A stretch of 64,000 bases of DNA from NCBI RefSeq assembly GCF_018977255.1, contig NW_024704760.1:2852001-2916000 (forward strand), in the 5' to 3' direction. Shown here piece by piece: positions 63,750 through 64,000 of this stretch (positions within the stretch are counted from its first letter, which is position 1; every line of letters begins with the position of its first letter). Made by a program: the position numbers and the translations under genes. A model generated the notes under the pieces. The model made no database searches and was not told the DNA's origin. It saw only the letters and a list, made by a program, of their open reading frames with translations. The DNA is from Callorhinchus milii. Taxonomy: Eukaryota.

Positions 63750-63830
63750 CTTCAACAGCACCGCCATCTTGGCACATCCCATGGTGCTTAGCGGCCACTG
63801 CGGGGGGGGGGGGGGGGGCGCAATGGGTTT
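63540..63830 (-). promoter_or_regulatory. CpG-rich first-exon region of the CPSF6/7-like gene with tandem YY1-type AAGATGGCGG motifs
   Basis: GC/CpG-rich. CCGCCATCTT occurs at about 63743 and 63761 and overlaps the start codons, as is typical of housekeeping RNA-processing genes. Confidence 0.55.
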
Positions 63831-64000
63831 GTAGCCCAATGCCCACCAGTGCCCAAATAGCCCAAAATAGCCCCCAAAATAGCCCAACCCACCCCGCCCC
63901 CAAATAGCCAACCCACCCGACCCGCCCCCAAATAGCCCAAACACCAGTCCCCCAAATAGCCCAAAACACCCGCCCCAAATAGCCCAACCCACCCCACCCC

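Overview
Eukaryotic, intron-rich vertebrate DNA, not prokaryotic. The retroposon complement (Deu-domain and tRNA-head SINEs, L2 and CR1 3' fragments) suggests a cartilaginous fish, possibly a chimaera; this is inference. Five spliced genes were reconstructed by hand from GT-AG sites and reading-frame phase: SLC45A3 (+, 13376-17680), an FGF4/6-family gene (+, 26777-30039), two tandem GH18 chitinases (+, 39692-44765 and 47997-53820) and a divergent CPSF6/CPSF7-like CFIm subunit (-, 63749-56366). The most unusual part is the chitinase locus. Chitinase 1 has one CBM14 chitin-binding module. Chitinase 2 has three tandem modules, the third ending in a TAG exactly where a conserved Cys is expected. 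Between the two genes lies a decayed multi-CBM14 pseudo-exon (45540-45992) that the ORF track misses. The FGF4/6-like and CPSF6/7-like genes may be extra paralogs absent from mammals. Other features are a near-identical ~380-bp local inverted duplication upstream of the FGF gene, several MITEs, two minisatellites, a nested MITE>SINE>L2 insertion and a 154-N assembly gap. Repeat boundaries are approximate and no database searches were run.
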